DNA of 64,000 nt. Source: Macrostomum lignano. Taxonomy: Eukaryota. Below the pieces are notes generated by a model. That model had not been told where the DNA came from. It saw only the letters and a list, made by a program, of their open reading frames with translations, and made no database searches. Of the stretch, positions 25,201-55,471 are shown in pieces. The DNA is taken from assembly GCA_002269645.1 (NCBI GenBank), contig NIVC01000953.1, positions 1 through 64,000 on the forward strand, read 5' to 3'. Positions within the stretch are counted from its first letter, which is position 1. Each line of letters opens with the position of its first letter. A program made the translations under genes and the position numbers.

Positions 25201-26128
25201 CTTAATAACAAGAATATAGTAAGATCATCAGATTGAACTGCACAGCTTGTAATCTTGAAAAACTAAGTCAACTCACATTCCACATGTGGCACAATGATGC
25301 GCTCTGTCAGGCTTGATCAGCTGACAGATTTGACAAACTCGAATTGAGTTCTGCATGCCCCTGGTAAACACTGGCAGATGCTTGTCAGCTATGATACGCA
25401 AAAGCTGGTCCCTTTGTCTGCTAGGTTCCTCAGAATTCGATTGATGCTCCAGAAACTCCGCATTTGACAAGAGAAACTATAGATTTGAAAGCAAACAAAT
25501 AAAATTTCAAATATTATTATATGAGGATATAAAAGTAGCATATGAATTTAAATTTAATATTTTTATATTATAAGTATTATTCATAAATTTGTTACAATAA
25601 CTGTAAAGTAAAAATTTATTCATTGAACTAACTCACTTCTTTTGGTGGTATTATAGGTCTTGCAATGATAGTTTGTATGTATGACCATACAAACATTCCA
25701 AAGAACACATGGTAGAATATAATCAATGCCACTAAAATTATTTTTGTTGAGCAGGGAAAAATGGCATATAATATTCCTTCAATTGAAATATATCAAAATA
25801 GAAATGCTAAAAAATTAAGTTTGTTAAAAAATAGAAATATCTTATAATGCTTGTTTTTAATAACAAACCTTTTTCACCAACTTTTTCAGCAGGAACAGAA
25901 TCTAAAATAAACAAATGAAGGATAATGTTAAGTAATGCTTATTTTTCCTTAATATTATATTAATAAACAAGCACTTTTATCTAATAAATACTATTTATTT
26001 ATATACTTACTAATGCATAATGCAACAACAAAGGCATAGTATGACCATCCAATTAGAATGATAATAAAAATAAGTGGTAGGGTTTTTACAAAGCAATATA
26101 CTCTTTTAAGACATTCACTCATAGTCAT
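16268..26128 (-). CDS. ZDHHC2: DHHC-type protein S-palmitoyltransferase, ZDHHC2/15/20 group, 8 coding exons, ~350 aa
   Basis: Exons in transcript order: 26011-26128, 25869-25901, 25637-25731, 25277-25476, 24166-24319, 23816-24084, 18538-18624, 16268-16364; GT-AG and phase-consistent (1053 nt). Motifs: TM1 [22 protein letters not shown]; [44 protein letters not shown]; TTxE motif (NLTTLES); PaCCT-like [14 protein letters not shown]. The symbol denotes the ZDHHC2/15/20 orthogroup. Confidence 0.93.
16676..18518. repeat. G-run minisatellite (GCACCAAGCCTGCTGGA(G)n, ~22-28 bp) in the last ZDHHC intron
   Basis: About 75 units with variable poly-G length. Confidence 0.95.
18743..22697. repeat. 47-bp near-perfect satellite x~84 (CCTAAAATATATGCTTCTCTCCTTCACAACGCCTAAATTTCACAACA)
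   Basis: Period 47; 3955 nt; ZDHHC intron 6. Confidence 0.97.
22762..23200. repeat. 22-23-bp minisatellite (CCCACATTTATTCCCATTTTGAT)
   Basis: Tandem array. Confidence 0.92.
23295..23760. repeat. 69-bp higher-order repeat of three ~23-bp CACAAAT-containing subunits
   Basis: aatatcccca recurs at 23311 and 23380. Confidence 0.88.
24392..25172. repeat. ~27-bp G-rich minisatellite (GGGGTGTCAGGTGAGGGAAGCCACAAT and variants)
   Basis: Tandem variants; ZDHHC intron 4. Confidence 0.88.
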
Positions 26129-27880
26129 GACTGTTTTTATTGTAAATTAAATTAATTTGCTGTTTGCTTTGTTTAATTCAATTTCGCTCAAAATGAGATA
26201 AAATGCATAAAAACAAGAAAGTTAACGAACAATAAAACTCAAATTTTATAACCTTATTTGATTAATGGATACAGGGTTAAGGGTTTGTCTATGTTATGGC
26301 CTGTAGAAAATAATACTTAGGAATCGTTCTTCCTTTAATTTGAATTGATTTAAATAAACATTAAGCAATACTTGTTGACTCGAACAGTAACTGTAAAGTT
26401 TAACTGCGTCAAATTCAGTATTGTTTAAAGTTTTCCAACATTTAATCAGCTTTGAAAATGTTCAGATTTTAATTATGCATGAGTAAGATTCAATGGGACA
26501 AATAACTTCGACTTTTTATGTAGTGCACAAATCGCTTCGAAGAAATAAATATGATTTTAAAAAGTACCCGACGCCATCTGACAAGTTCAATGTGTACAGA
26601 AAAAACAAATGAGACAAATATTAGTCAAAGTGAGACATAATAGCATTGTCTCTGCTGGGCTAAATTTCAAAAAATGATAAGATTTTGAGTTAAGTTGCAT
26701 ATTTATATCAAAATACCTGCGTCGAAAATTTTCCTAAGGTTCTGCTCATTAATGCAAATTGATGGCCATGCAGTATCGTAAATATTGCGTACAAGTTTAA
26801 CAAAAGCCCAACGCTGCAATAACAATATAAACTTCGATACCAGAATATACCAGTACATGATGACATGTTCATTGTACTGTAATACTTAGAAGTAAGTCTT
26901 GACGTTTAGTCCAAAGCTCTGCCTGGGAGCGGATCCTGTGATCAGGCAGGCAGTCAGTAAAAACGTGGAGAGACCGAGGGGGTCGTGTTTGCCGTCATTA
27001 TATTTCTGGGCTCTGGGGCCCGAACCGTATAGGCGTGCTGTGGCACGAACACGAACGTACAGGGGATGCGTAGCATGAAGCAATGGGGAGCATGCAGTAG
27101 GGGTGACTCGGGTGAGTCAGTGAGGGGAGCAATCGGTGCTACTTAGTCAGTGGGAGAACGCATACTGGCCCTGCTGCGGAGGGTCCGCAGCCCAGGCCAG
27201 GACAGTACAGTCCTGTCTTTGTTCACGGCAAAGACAAAGCAAACAACTGTGGCGATTCACCTGCCGACGTTAATGTTTTATTTTAATCAAACGAGCATTT
27301 CTCGAAAAAAAACTCAACAAATATGACTCAAAACGTAAGCAAGACGTGTAGTGGTTGCTATATATCTATAGCATCCATATAAGTGCGATCTACGATTTAA
27401 GAGCACTCGACAAAAATTTGTATTTATGTAAATTTTAGATATACATGTACATGCGAGTAACTGAAACGCTAAAAATTACATGTAGGAACTAAGTTACATA
27501 TAAATGTATATGTACATATAATGTTTGGAACGCCTTTGGTGTACTACAGCATGCATAAATGTGCAAAACATTTATGTATATAAATTAATGTATAAAAATT
27601 ATTGTATATAAACTGCTGCTTATCTGCCTATGTGACTCATACTAGATTAATTTTCTCCGTTTTTACGAACGCGCTGTCCGCATATATCATACACATGCAC
27701 TTGTAGCTATGATAAATTGAATATACGAGTAACACTTGTCGAAAAAGTATTATCGAAGCATTAATTTTCATGCAAACGTACGATAAGATTTAGTACAAAT
27801 ACATGTACATGTAATAAACTTCAGTTCTATATTCACCGGAAAACAACAAAACAGCTGATCGATAATATGGCCTATCAAAA

Positions 27881-33980
<6,100 letters not shown>

Positions 33981-34115
33981 GGCTGCCGCGGGACTTGCTG
34001 ACGATCCAGTCGATCCAAGTGGGAGACCGACTTCACAGGCTTAAAACTTGTTGGGCAGAGAGGAGGCAGACCCAGACCGATCCCCATTGGTCAGTTGGAC
34101 ATGGATTGGATAGGT
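33981..34115 (-). promoter_or_regulatory. Putative promoter/5' region of the two-TM gene
   Basis: Two CCAAT motifs (ccaatcc, gaccaatg) on the minus strand ~90-130 nt upstream of the ATG at 33980; in-frame TAA upstream of the ATG. Confidence 0.25.
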
Positions 34116-34164
34116 CGCTAATTTAAAAAGGATGTGCAACCGACAGCTCAGCCGCAGCTATTGT

Positions 34165-34240
34165 TTCAGTGGGTCCGGGAATCGAACCTCCGACCCTCAA
34201 GTCGTGAATCCCATGCTCTAACCACGAGGCTACAATCCCC
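34165..34240 (-). mobile_element. tRNA-related SINE head or tRNA pseudogene
   Basis: Minus strand has an A-box-like TAGCCTCGTGG and B-box GGTTCGATTCC at tRNA-like spacing; acceptor and anticodon stems do not pair. Confidence 0.55.
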
Positions 34241-34564
34241 TCCCTTAACTTCCAACTATAAGTTAAGCAAGGTACGAAATGCAGTCTAATTTGATGTAGG
34301 TAGCAAAATACTTTATTCAGTTCTGAAGGCTTCAAGAGAAATAATAGTTTATTTCTGCTGTATAATCTATCATTGCCTATACAGAGAGTTTTGTAAGCCT
34401 TCTCATCAGAACACATGCATATTTAATAAGACGGAGAAATATAGCCGTCCATTTGGCATTGGAGTGAAACTTGCGCGCATAGCCACGACTATAGCTAGAC
34501 AGAAGCTGTGGAAAACTTTTTCGAAGCGCTAATCGATCGGGCATTTATAAATTTCTAGGTGATG

Positions 34565-35795
34565 CGAGGATAGAGAGGGGAACGGGGAGGGATAGGGAGA
34601 GGGAAGAGGAAAGGGAGGATTAAGGGAGAGAAGAAGAGAGTGTGGGAGGGAGAGAGGGAGAGAGGGAGAGAGGGAGGGAGAGAGGGAGAGAGGGAGGGAG
34701 ATAGGGAGGGAGAGGGAGAGATGGGGAGAGAGGGAGAGAGGGAGGGAGATGGGGAGAGAGGGAGAGATGGGGAGAGAGGGAGAGAGGGAGGGAGATAGGG
34801 AGGGAGAGGGAGAGAGGGAGGGAGAGGGAGAGATGGGGAGAGAGGGGGAGATGGGGAGAGAGGGGGAGAGAGGGAGAGAGGGAGAGAGGGAGAGAGGGAG
34901 GGAGAGAGGGAGGGAGAGGGAGAGATGGGGAGAGAGGGATATAGGGAGGGAGATAGGGAAGGAAGGGAAGGGGAGAGAGGGAGAGAGGGGAAGAGAGGGA
35001 GAAAGGGGGAGATGGGGAGAGAGGGGGAGAGAGGGGGAGAGGGAGAGAGAAGGAGAGAGGGGAGAGAGGGGAGAGAGGGAGAGAGGGGGAGATGGGGAGA
35101 GAGGGGGAGATGGGGAGAGAGGGGGAGATGGGAGAGAGGGGAGAGAGGGAGAGAGGGAGAGAGGGAGAGAGGGAGGGAGAGAGGGAGGGAGAGGGAGAGA
35201 TGGGGAGAGAGGGATATAGGGAGGGAGATAGGGAGGGAGAGATGGGGAGAGAGGGAGAGAGGGGGAGAGAGGGAGAGATGGGGAGAGAGGGGGAGATGGG
35301 GAGAGAGGGGAGATGGGGAGAGAGGGGGAGATGGGGAGAGAGGGGGAGATGGGGAGAGAGGGGGAGATGGGGAGAGAGGGGGAGATGGGGAGAGAAAGAG
35401 AGATGGGGAGAGAGGGGGAGATGGGGAGAGAGGGGGAGTTGGGAGAGAAGGGAAGATGGGGAGAGAGGGAGAGAGGGGAGAGAGGGAGAGATGGGGAGAG
35501 AGGGGGAGATGGGGAGAGAGGGGGAGATGGGAGAGAGGGGGAGATGGGGAGAGAGGGGAGATGGGGAGAGAGGGGGAGATGGGGAGAGAGGGGGAGATGG
35601 GGAGAGAAAGAGAGATGGGGAGAGAGGGGGAGATGGGGAGAGAGGGGGAGTTGGGGAGAGAAGGGAAGATGGGGAGAGAGGGAGACAGGGAGGGAGAGAG
35701 GGAAAGAGGGGGGGGGAGGAAGAGAGAGAGACAGGAGAGAGAGAGAGAGAGGGGGGGGAGAGAGGGAGAGGGAGAGGGGAGAGGGGGAGAAGGAG
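34565..35795. repeat. Polypurine low-complexity tract / 18-bp GGGGAGAGAGGGGGAGAT array
   Basis: Direct inspection. Confidence 0.9.
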
Positions 35796-36004
35796 ACTTG
35801 GAGAAGTGTGGGTAGCATACTTGAAAGCATAACAGCCAAATCAAATATATATTCGTAGTGAAAACAGCAAATCTCTCGACAGCAGCTCGAAAGCAAAAAT
35901 ATTAAAAAGTTTAAAGTATATTTAAGAGGCCCCGAGTTAGTTTTACAAAGTACAATCGCAAGTCATAGTAAAATCAGATACTTAAGTCAGGGAGTTCCAC
36001 TGAC

Positions 36005-36821
36005 TCAAAGTCCGCAATTATCAATAAATTTTATTTTGGCAAGACTTGACAATCTGCTCAACTTGTCTGCGGCGAAATCCGATAGAAGGAGCCGCTCATC
36101 ATCGACCTCTGACGGTAACCGATCATTGTTGGGGCTCTTGGTCGATGAGCTCACTGAAGACTCTGAGCCTGTGTTCAGTTCTGAGTTTGGCAGGACATTC
36201 TGTCAGATTTTATGAAGCCGATAAAGAGATTTTGGGGTGGGGGTTAAATTGATTGCTCCTTAGATGAAACCCCTGTCTCATCTAAGTTCTAGCTCTACTC
36301 TCACCTGTCTCCCTCTACTCTCACCCGTCTCCCTCTACTCTCACCCGTCTCCCTCTACTCTCACCCGTCTCCCTCTACTCTCACCCGTCTCCCTCTAGTC
36401 TCACCCGTCTCCCTCTACTCTCACCCATCTACCTCTACTCTCACCCGTCTCCCTCTACTCTCACCCGTCTCCCTCTACTCTCACCCGTCTCCCTCTACTC
36501 TCACCCGTCTCCCTCTACTCTCACCCGTCTCCCTCTACTCTCACCCGTCTCCCTCTACTCTCACCCGTCTCCCTCTACTCTCACCCGTCTCCCTCTACTC
36601 TCACAGTCTCCTACTCTACTATTAAATATTGCTCAGTTGAAAAATAAATGCATACTACAAGCTGCTCACCATACAGACACTCGCTTTCCGAATCCTTTGT
36701 CCGTTAGAAGGCTTGCATTCGCAATTGAGCCTCTTGTTGTTATTGGCTTGAGTTTGATCAAATAAACTTGGCATTTTGCCGGCCTCTTGACAGCTGGCGG
36801 GGTCCACCATCACCGCTTTAT
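36005..36821 (-). CDS. Hypothetical protein, two phase-compatible exons, 5' end unresolved
   Basis: Exon 36670-36821 (acceptor actatag, 50 open codons, donor gtgagc) joins in phase 0 to terminal exon 36005-36199 (acceptor ctgacag, 64 codons then TGA). Ser-rich product with no recognisable domain. Confidence 0.4.
36295..36610. repeat. 20-bp minisatellite (CTCTACTCTCACCCGTCTCC)
   Basis: Period 20. Confidence 0.93.
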
Positions 36822-37189
36822 CTATAGTTATTAGCTATTTAGTTTGCAGTTGCTAAGTAGTCCTTCTTCGCAGGGCTTAGCAATAATTAAGCTTGCCATA
36901 GACAAAAATTTTGAATTGCCACCAGAAATTATTTTGATTCTAAGGTATATTATCTATGAGGGTCTTTAAAATTCCTGGGGCCAATTTTATAAACACTCTA
37001 ATCTACGTCAGCTACCCATGGATTAATTATCCGTGGATTTTATCTGTGGAAAAAAACTCGATAAAACTCGCCAATTTAATAAACATTCTAATCCATGTCA
37101 GCTACTCCGTTCATTCACAACCCTCGTGACTTTCGGAACGAATTGACACGCAGACGCTTTTTAGATGGTCCATGTGAGCATCTCTCAAC

Positions 37190-38015
37190 AGTGTCCCACT
37201 CAACTCACAGGTGTCTCAATCTACGCACAGGTGTCTCAATCTACCCATAGGTGTCTCAATCTACCCACTAGGTGTCTCAACCTACCCACAGGTGTCTTAA
37301 CCTACCCTCAGGTGTCTTAATCTAACCTCAGGTGTCTTAATCTAACCTCAGGTGTCTCAATCTACCCACAGACGTCTCAATCTACCCACAGGTGTCTCAA
37401 TCTACCCACAGGTGTCTCAATCTACCCACAGGTGTCTCAATCTACCCACAGGTGTCTCAATCTGCCCACAGGTGTCTCAATCTACCCACAGGTGTGTTAA
37501 TCTACCCACAGGTGTCTTAATCTAACCTCGGGTGTCTTAATCTAAGCTCAGGTGTCTTAATCTAACCTCAGGTGTCTCAATCTACCCACAGGTGTCTCAA
37601 TCTACCCACAGACGTCTCAATCTACCCACAGGTGTCTCAACCTACCCACAGGTGTCTCAATCTACCCACAGGTGTCTCAATCTGCCCACAGGTGTCTCAA
37701 TCTACCCACAGGTGTGTTAATCTACCCACAGGTGTCTTAATCTAACCTCGGGTGTCTTAATCTAAGCTCAGGTGTCTTAATCTAACCTCAGGTGTCTCAA
37801 TCTACCCACAGGTGTCTCAATCTACCCACAGGTGTCTCAATCTGCCCACAGGTGTCTCAATCTAACCTCGGGTGTCTTAATCTAAGCTCAGGTGTCTTAA
37901 TCTAACCTCAGGTGTCTCAATCTACCCACAGGTGTCTCAATCTACCCTCAGGTGTCCCACTCTACCCCCAGGTGTCCCACTCTACCCCCAGGTGTCCCAC
38001 TCTACCCCCAGATGT
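37190..38015. repeat. 20-bp minisatellite (CAGGTGTCTCAATCTACCCA)
   Basis: Period 20 with recurring variant blocks. Confidence 0.93.
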
Positions 38016-38689
38016 CCCCCTAGGGCATTCTATCCCAGCTGACGAAACCCTCTATCCCAATTAAATTTTGCATCAAAAGCAAGAGTACCACAAACTTACT
38101 TAGCTGTCACATTTTGTCAGCCAGCCGCCCAAATACAGTGCAAAATCGGTAGTACCATCCACTGGCTGCCTGCGACCTCTAACTAACATCAATTTTAGCT
38201 GGAGCGCACATACAATCTACAGTCACAGTTTGGTTCTATGCAGTCCCAGTTGTACTATTGCACTGTGATCGATATGGGAGTGCTGGCATGTCTTGTGCTG
38301 CTACCACTACCACAGTCCACAGCTAAATGTCAATCCATAGAATTTATGGGACGAAAAATATTGCAGTGTTGCGAAGCTGTACAACTATCGTACAGAGAGA
38401 AAACATACATTAGCAGAAACTATTTTGCATTTGTTCTTCAACAAGTGTTCCTCTAGAGATTATTGTGAATTTTTCAACTGGCTGGCATTCTACATCATCA
38501 TAATTGTGAGCATTTGGTAAATTAGATTTGCATTTAGAAATACATTATTATAAAGTCGTTTAGTCTACTTACAGTAGATATACGTGTGTATAGAAGTAGA
38601 GTTTTATCGCAAAATCGTCCATTTTTAAATGGTTAAAACAAAGTGAGAGAAATTTGAATTTAAAGCAAACAAGTTATAACAAAAATACA

Positions 38690-38810
38690 TTCTATTCTAT
38701 TACATTATATTATATCATATCATATTATATTCCATGCTATTATATTCTATTCTATTCTATTCTATTCTATTCTGTTCTATTCTATTCTATTCTATTCTAT
38801 TCTATTCTAC
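38690..38810. repeat. (TATTC)n microsatellite just downstream of the tektin stop codon
   Basis: Direct inspection. Confidence 0.9.
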
Positions 38811-38836
38811 TGTCATGTCTCTTGCCCAGCGTCTCA

Positions 38837-50697
<11,861 letters not shown>

Positions 50698-51221
50698 ATT
50701 GATGAAGCTGTGAACTTCTGTCAGATATTCTAGTATTCTGAATATTCTGACGCTGTGTTTAATTTGCTATTGAGCTGACAGGATAGAGCGTGAAGCACGG
50801 AGTGAGAGAGAGATAAAGTGAAGTGAGAAGCTGAGGCGGGAGTTGGTATATTAGACCAGTTACTTGCTTGAGTCCGACCAACTCTCAACCCACCCCCCCC
50901 CTTCCCCGGTCTTTCAGGTAAATTGTTGTGCGCTGCGTGTCATGGCTTAACAATGGCAGATTGCATTTAGTGGTATCTCATCTTCAAACGAACTCGAATT
51001 ATATTTAGAAGCTGAGGCTTGTTTGTCTGTTATAATAAGAATCCCTATCTCTGTACCTGGGTGAACGGCCAGCACTTTCTGAGCCTGCATAGTGCACATG
51101 CACACTTGCCTTGTCTGAGTGGTTCTCAGTTTCAGTAGGTCTAACATGTGCCCCAACAGTTAATGGAATTGGCTGTTGACCATGCACTGGGCAACCGCGC
51201 GACGGAAGTGCTTTAGTAAGA

Positions 51222-51465
<244 letters not shown>

Positions 51466-51665
51466 GTTTGTTTGAGTAGTCCCTGGTTTAGGATAGGGTT
51501 TACGATAGAGTTCAGGATAGGGTTTAGAATTGGGTCTAGGATAGGGTTTAAGATCCTTCTTAAACTTTATCCTAAACCTTTATCCTTCTTTTTCGAAGGA
51601 TGCCTTCAAACCTTTTACATGTGGACCTTTTGACTTTTACGAAGGTATTTCGGAATATCTGTGAC

Positions 51666-51671
<6 letters not shown>

Positions 51672-51715
<44 letters not shown>

Positions 51716-53777
51716 GTTACGCCCCACGCCAGCCACAGAAGTGGCCAAAAGGGGGGAGCGTCAAATCGCGCGTTTCAGAGCTAGGTCTCTAATGTGCTTC
51801 ACACCGGCCGCCTGGCTGGGTGCTCGCGCATCTTCAAAAAGGCGGTCGACGTAGCGGGCTGATCGTCCCTGGCCACGCCTGCGCGGTCCCTGCGGGGTCC
51901 ACAGCAGGACGTCCTGCAGCGGCTCTGGGCAGTAGGCTTCGGCCCGGATGACATGTCCGGCCAGCCGCAGGCGCCGCTGACTCAGCAGGGCAGAAGGCCG
52001 CGTCAGGCCTGTGCGCTTGTACAGGGACTCGGTTGTCTCGCTGCCAGGGCCGCAAGGGCGCCGAAAGCGGCGCGGACTAGGGCCGCATGTGCCGCGTCGA
52101 GCTGCGCCTCAAGCGCCCCGGTCAGCGTCCAGGTCTCAGCATTGTGCAGCAGGGCGGTTTCAACAACCGCCTGGAACAGCTGGGACCTGGCGCCGTCGGA
52201 CAGGGCCTCGGAGAGCAGCACCGCCAGCACAGATCGGAAGGCAGCCCAGGCCTTGCCGCGCCGTCTCGCTAGGTCGTCGCCGACGTCCGGCACCAGTCCG
52301 CCGAGGTAGACGAACTGAAGGCACTTCGGGAGCGCCGTCCCGGGGCCGTTGCCGTCTCGAAGTCGAATCTCGGCGGGTAGATCATGCGCAGCAACTTTGC
52401 GTACACCTTTGCGACTGCCCTGGGATCCGCGCAGGCGCCAGACTACGCCACCATCAGCTCAGCCATCACCACTGCCGCTGCTAAAACTCTGCCGCTAATG
52501 GAGCCCGCGTCACGGCAACTTCCGGTTTGGACGAGCGACCCGGAGGTCCGAGAGGCCGAGCAGCTGCGACGAGCCGGGCGACCGACATCCGATGCCGAGA
52601 AAGCCCTGGCAGACGCCTACGCTAGTCGACAGCAAGCCGCTGTTGACGACGCAATCAGGGCGGTCGCCTCCGTTGGGCCTGAACGGCAGAACAGGGTCGT
52701 CTGGCCGGTCGTGAACGCCCTAACCGGTCGCAAAAAGAAGACGGCGCTCAACCTGGCTGGCGACACGGCAAAGAGCGCAGAAACGAGCTGCGCACCTTCT
52801 TCGCCGCCATTGTCAACGCGCCGCCGCCGACTCTGCCGAACGAGATGCTGCTGCCCCCGAGGTGGCGCTGCCGCGGCAGGAGGACTTCGACACCCGTCCT
52901 GTGACCAGCACCGACGTCGTGGAATTCGCCCGCAGGGCTCCGGGAGGCCGCGCCCCCGGCCCGGACGAGGTCCCCGTCGAGGCGCTGCGAGTCACAAGGG
53001 TTGCCACTGAGGTGGCCCGCGTGATGAACGGCGTCCTGGCGGGAGGCCCCGCGCCCCGCGAATGGACCCACGCCAACATCGTCGGCATCCCGAAGAAGCC
53101 GGGCACTACACGGAAGGAGGAGCATCGTGGAATCTCGCTCATGTCCTGTACCGCGAAGCTGTTCAACCGGGTGCTACTAGCATGGTTACAGCCCGTGCTG
53201 GACTCGTTCCTGCGGTACGAGCAGAACGGGTTCCGCCCCCGTCGCGGTACGGTGACGCAGATCCTGGCCCTCCGCCGCATCATCGAGGAGGCGCGCATCC
53301 ACCAGTCAAGCCTTATCGTCATCTTTGTTGACTTCCTCAAGGCCTTCGACTCGGTGGCGCGCGGCGCGCTGCCTCACGTGCTCCGTGCCTACAACGTGCC
53401 GCAGCAGCTGATCTCCGCCATCATGGCGCTGTATCAGGACACCACCGCCGCGGTAGCGACGCCAGACGGACCGTCGGACCTGTTTAGCACGACGTCCGGA
53501 GTTCTACAGGGTGACACTCTGGCGCCCTTTCTCTTCGTGCTGGTGATGGACTGGGTGCTCAGGACCGGCCTGCCGACATCAGAAGACGGCTTTCTGCTGC
53601 AAAGGCGCACCAGTAGACGGCACCCGGAGAAGAAACTGTCTGTCCTTGGCTACGCGGACGACCTCGCCCTGCTGTCTTCGACGGCCGAAGGCGCCCAACG
53701 GCTGCTGGACGGCTTGACTGCGGCGGCGGCGAGGGTCGGTCTCGTCATCAACGCCAGGAAGACCGAGGTGCTGACGG
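51672..53777 (-). mobile_element. RTE-clade non-LTR retrotransposon copy, 5'-truncated with 5' inversion (twin-priming structure), degenerate
   Basis: The minus-sense 3' part (51672-52380) encodes FVYLGG...RRRGKAWAAF...HNAETWTLT...RRLRLAGHVIR...LLWTP, with a stop at 51761-51763, a short UTR and a (TTA)n tail. The plus-sense inverted 5' part (52381-53777) encodes linker plus RT (APGPDEVP, RGISLMS, EQNGFR, FVDFLKAFDSV, GVLQGDTLAP, YADD, KTEV). Flanked by identical TGTGACTAATAA at 51660-51671 and 53778-53789. Frameshifts present. Confidence 0.92.
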
Positions 53778-54269
53778 TGTGACTAATAAAAAGTAAAATA
53801 TGTCTTATCAGGGCCGCAGAACTGACATCAAAGTAGGGGAAATATTTTTTTTCCAATAGTACGTCACAGATGATGAAGCTCTGATATCCATAAGGATTTT
53901 TGAATGAGCCACGCCCATCAGAATCGCATGCAGTCAGAAGCAATAAGAATGCATTGCAAAGGCAGTCAGAGTCACGTCTTCTCTGATGACTGCTCAGTCA
54001 TCCTGCAATGGAGTTATTATTAATAAGAGGTATCATATTTAACATTATTGAAAATTAACAAGTCGGATTTCTCCAATTCGTTAATTACAGTCATCTACTT
54101 CCAGATGTATTGCCTCTGGTGTGTACCTATGGCAACCTCTCGACGGGAGTGCATGCGATTGTAATTAGTCTTGTGGGAAGAACAAATCAATAAATTAGCA
54201 CTCAGCAGCCTCACGGAGGGTCCGCTTCCTCATCTGCCCCCCTCCGAATTTACAGGTCCACAGAGACTC

Positions 54270-54348
54270 TATTCTTATCTATTCTATTTTATTCTATTCT
54301 ATTATATTATATTCTATTCTACTCTATTATATTCTATTCTATTCTATT
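54270..54348. repeat. (TATTC)n microsatellite
   Basis: Direct inspection. Confidence 0.88.
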
Positions 54349-54735
54349 CGAGGTGGCATCGAGCGTCGGTCTGGTTGTCAACACTCAGACGGGCAGACGA
54401 CCAGGCTCGCACGCTGCCAGCGGTTCACCTACCTCGGCGGTCTGGTGTACCACGTGGAAGAGGACCTCCGGTCTCGCAGAGGACTTGCCTTGGCGGCCTT
54501 TCGTTCGATCCGGGCCGTCGTCCAGTCCGAAGCGCTGCCCGACCGCCAGAGGGCTCGGCTGTGGCAGGCGGTGGTCGAAACCGTCCTGCTATACAACGCC
54601 GAGAAGTGGACGCTGACGGCTACGCTAGAGCAGCAGCTGGACTCGGCGTCCTCAAGGCTGCTCCGTGCGGTCTTTCGAGCTGACGAGAGCGTCGGGACCC
54701 CCAACCTGTTCAGGACGTCTCTCTGGCATTAGACA
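54345..54735 (+). mobile_element. Second RTE-clade retrotransposon fragment (end of RT and C-terminal region), different subfamily
   Basis: VGLVVN...CQRFTYLGGLVYHVEEDLRSRRGLALAAFRS...LLYNAEKWTLT; homologous to but diverged from the 51672-52380 segment, and internally deleted. Confidence 0.85.
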
Positions 54736-54880
54736 GCTGGCACAGTGCTGCCAGTCTCTGATATCAACAGGACAGCTGGCACACTGCTGCTAGTCTCTGA
54801 TATCAACAGGACAGCTGGCACATTGCTGCCAGTCTCTGGCATCAACAGGACAGCTGGCACACTGCTGCCAGCCTCTGGCA
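54730..54880. repeat. 39-bp tandem repeat x~4 (GACAGCTGGCACACTGCTGCCAGTCTCTGATATCAACAG)
   Basis: Direct inspection. Confidence 0.85.
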
Positions 54881-54885
54881 GTGGC

Positions 54886-55195
<310 letters not shown>

Positions 55196-55330
55196 TTGGT
55201 ATTCTTCTACTAGTAGTAGTAGTTTTCTTCTACTAGTAGTAGTAATAGTTGTTTTCTTCTTTTCATGGGTACTTTTCTCACTAGTTTTTTGTTGTCACCC
55301 ATTTTTAACATCGTTTTTAGCATCATCGTC

Positions 55331-55471
<141 letters not shown>

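Noticed and set aside
34165-34240. Functional tRNA gene
   Set aside because: A and B boxes are present but acceptor, anticodon and T stems pair poorly.
51480-51548. Interstitial telomere-like TAGGGTT motifs
   Set aside because: A degenerate ~12-bp repeat, not tandem TTAGGG.
53983-53989. Hammerhead ribozyme core CTGATGA (also 61799-61805 and CTGACGA at 38039-38045)
   Set aside because: No stem II plus GAAA and cleavage triplet in the right arrangement.
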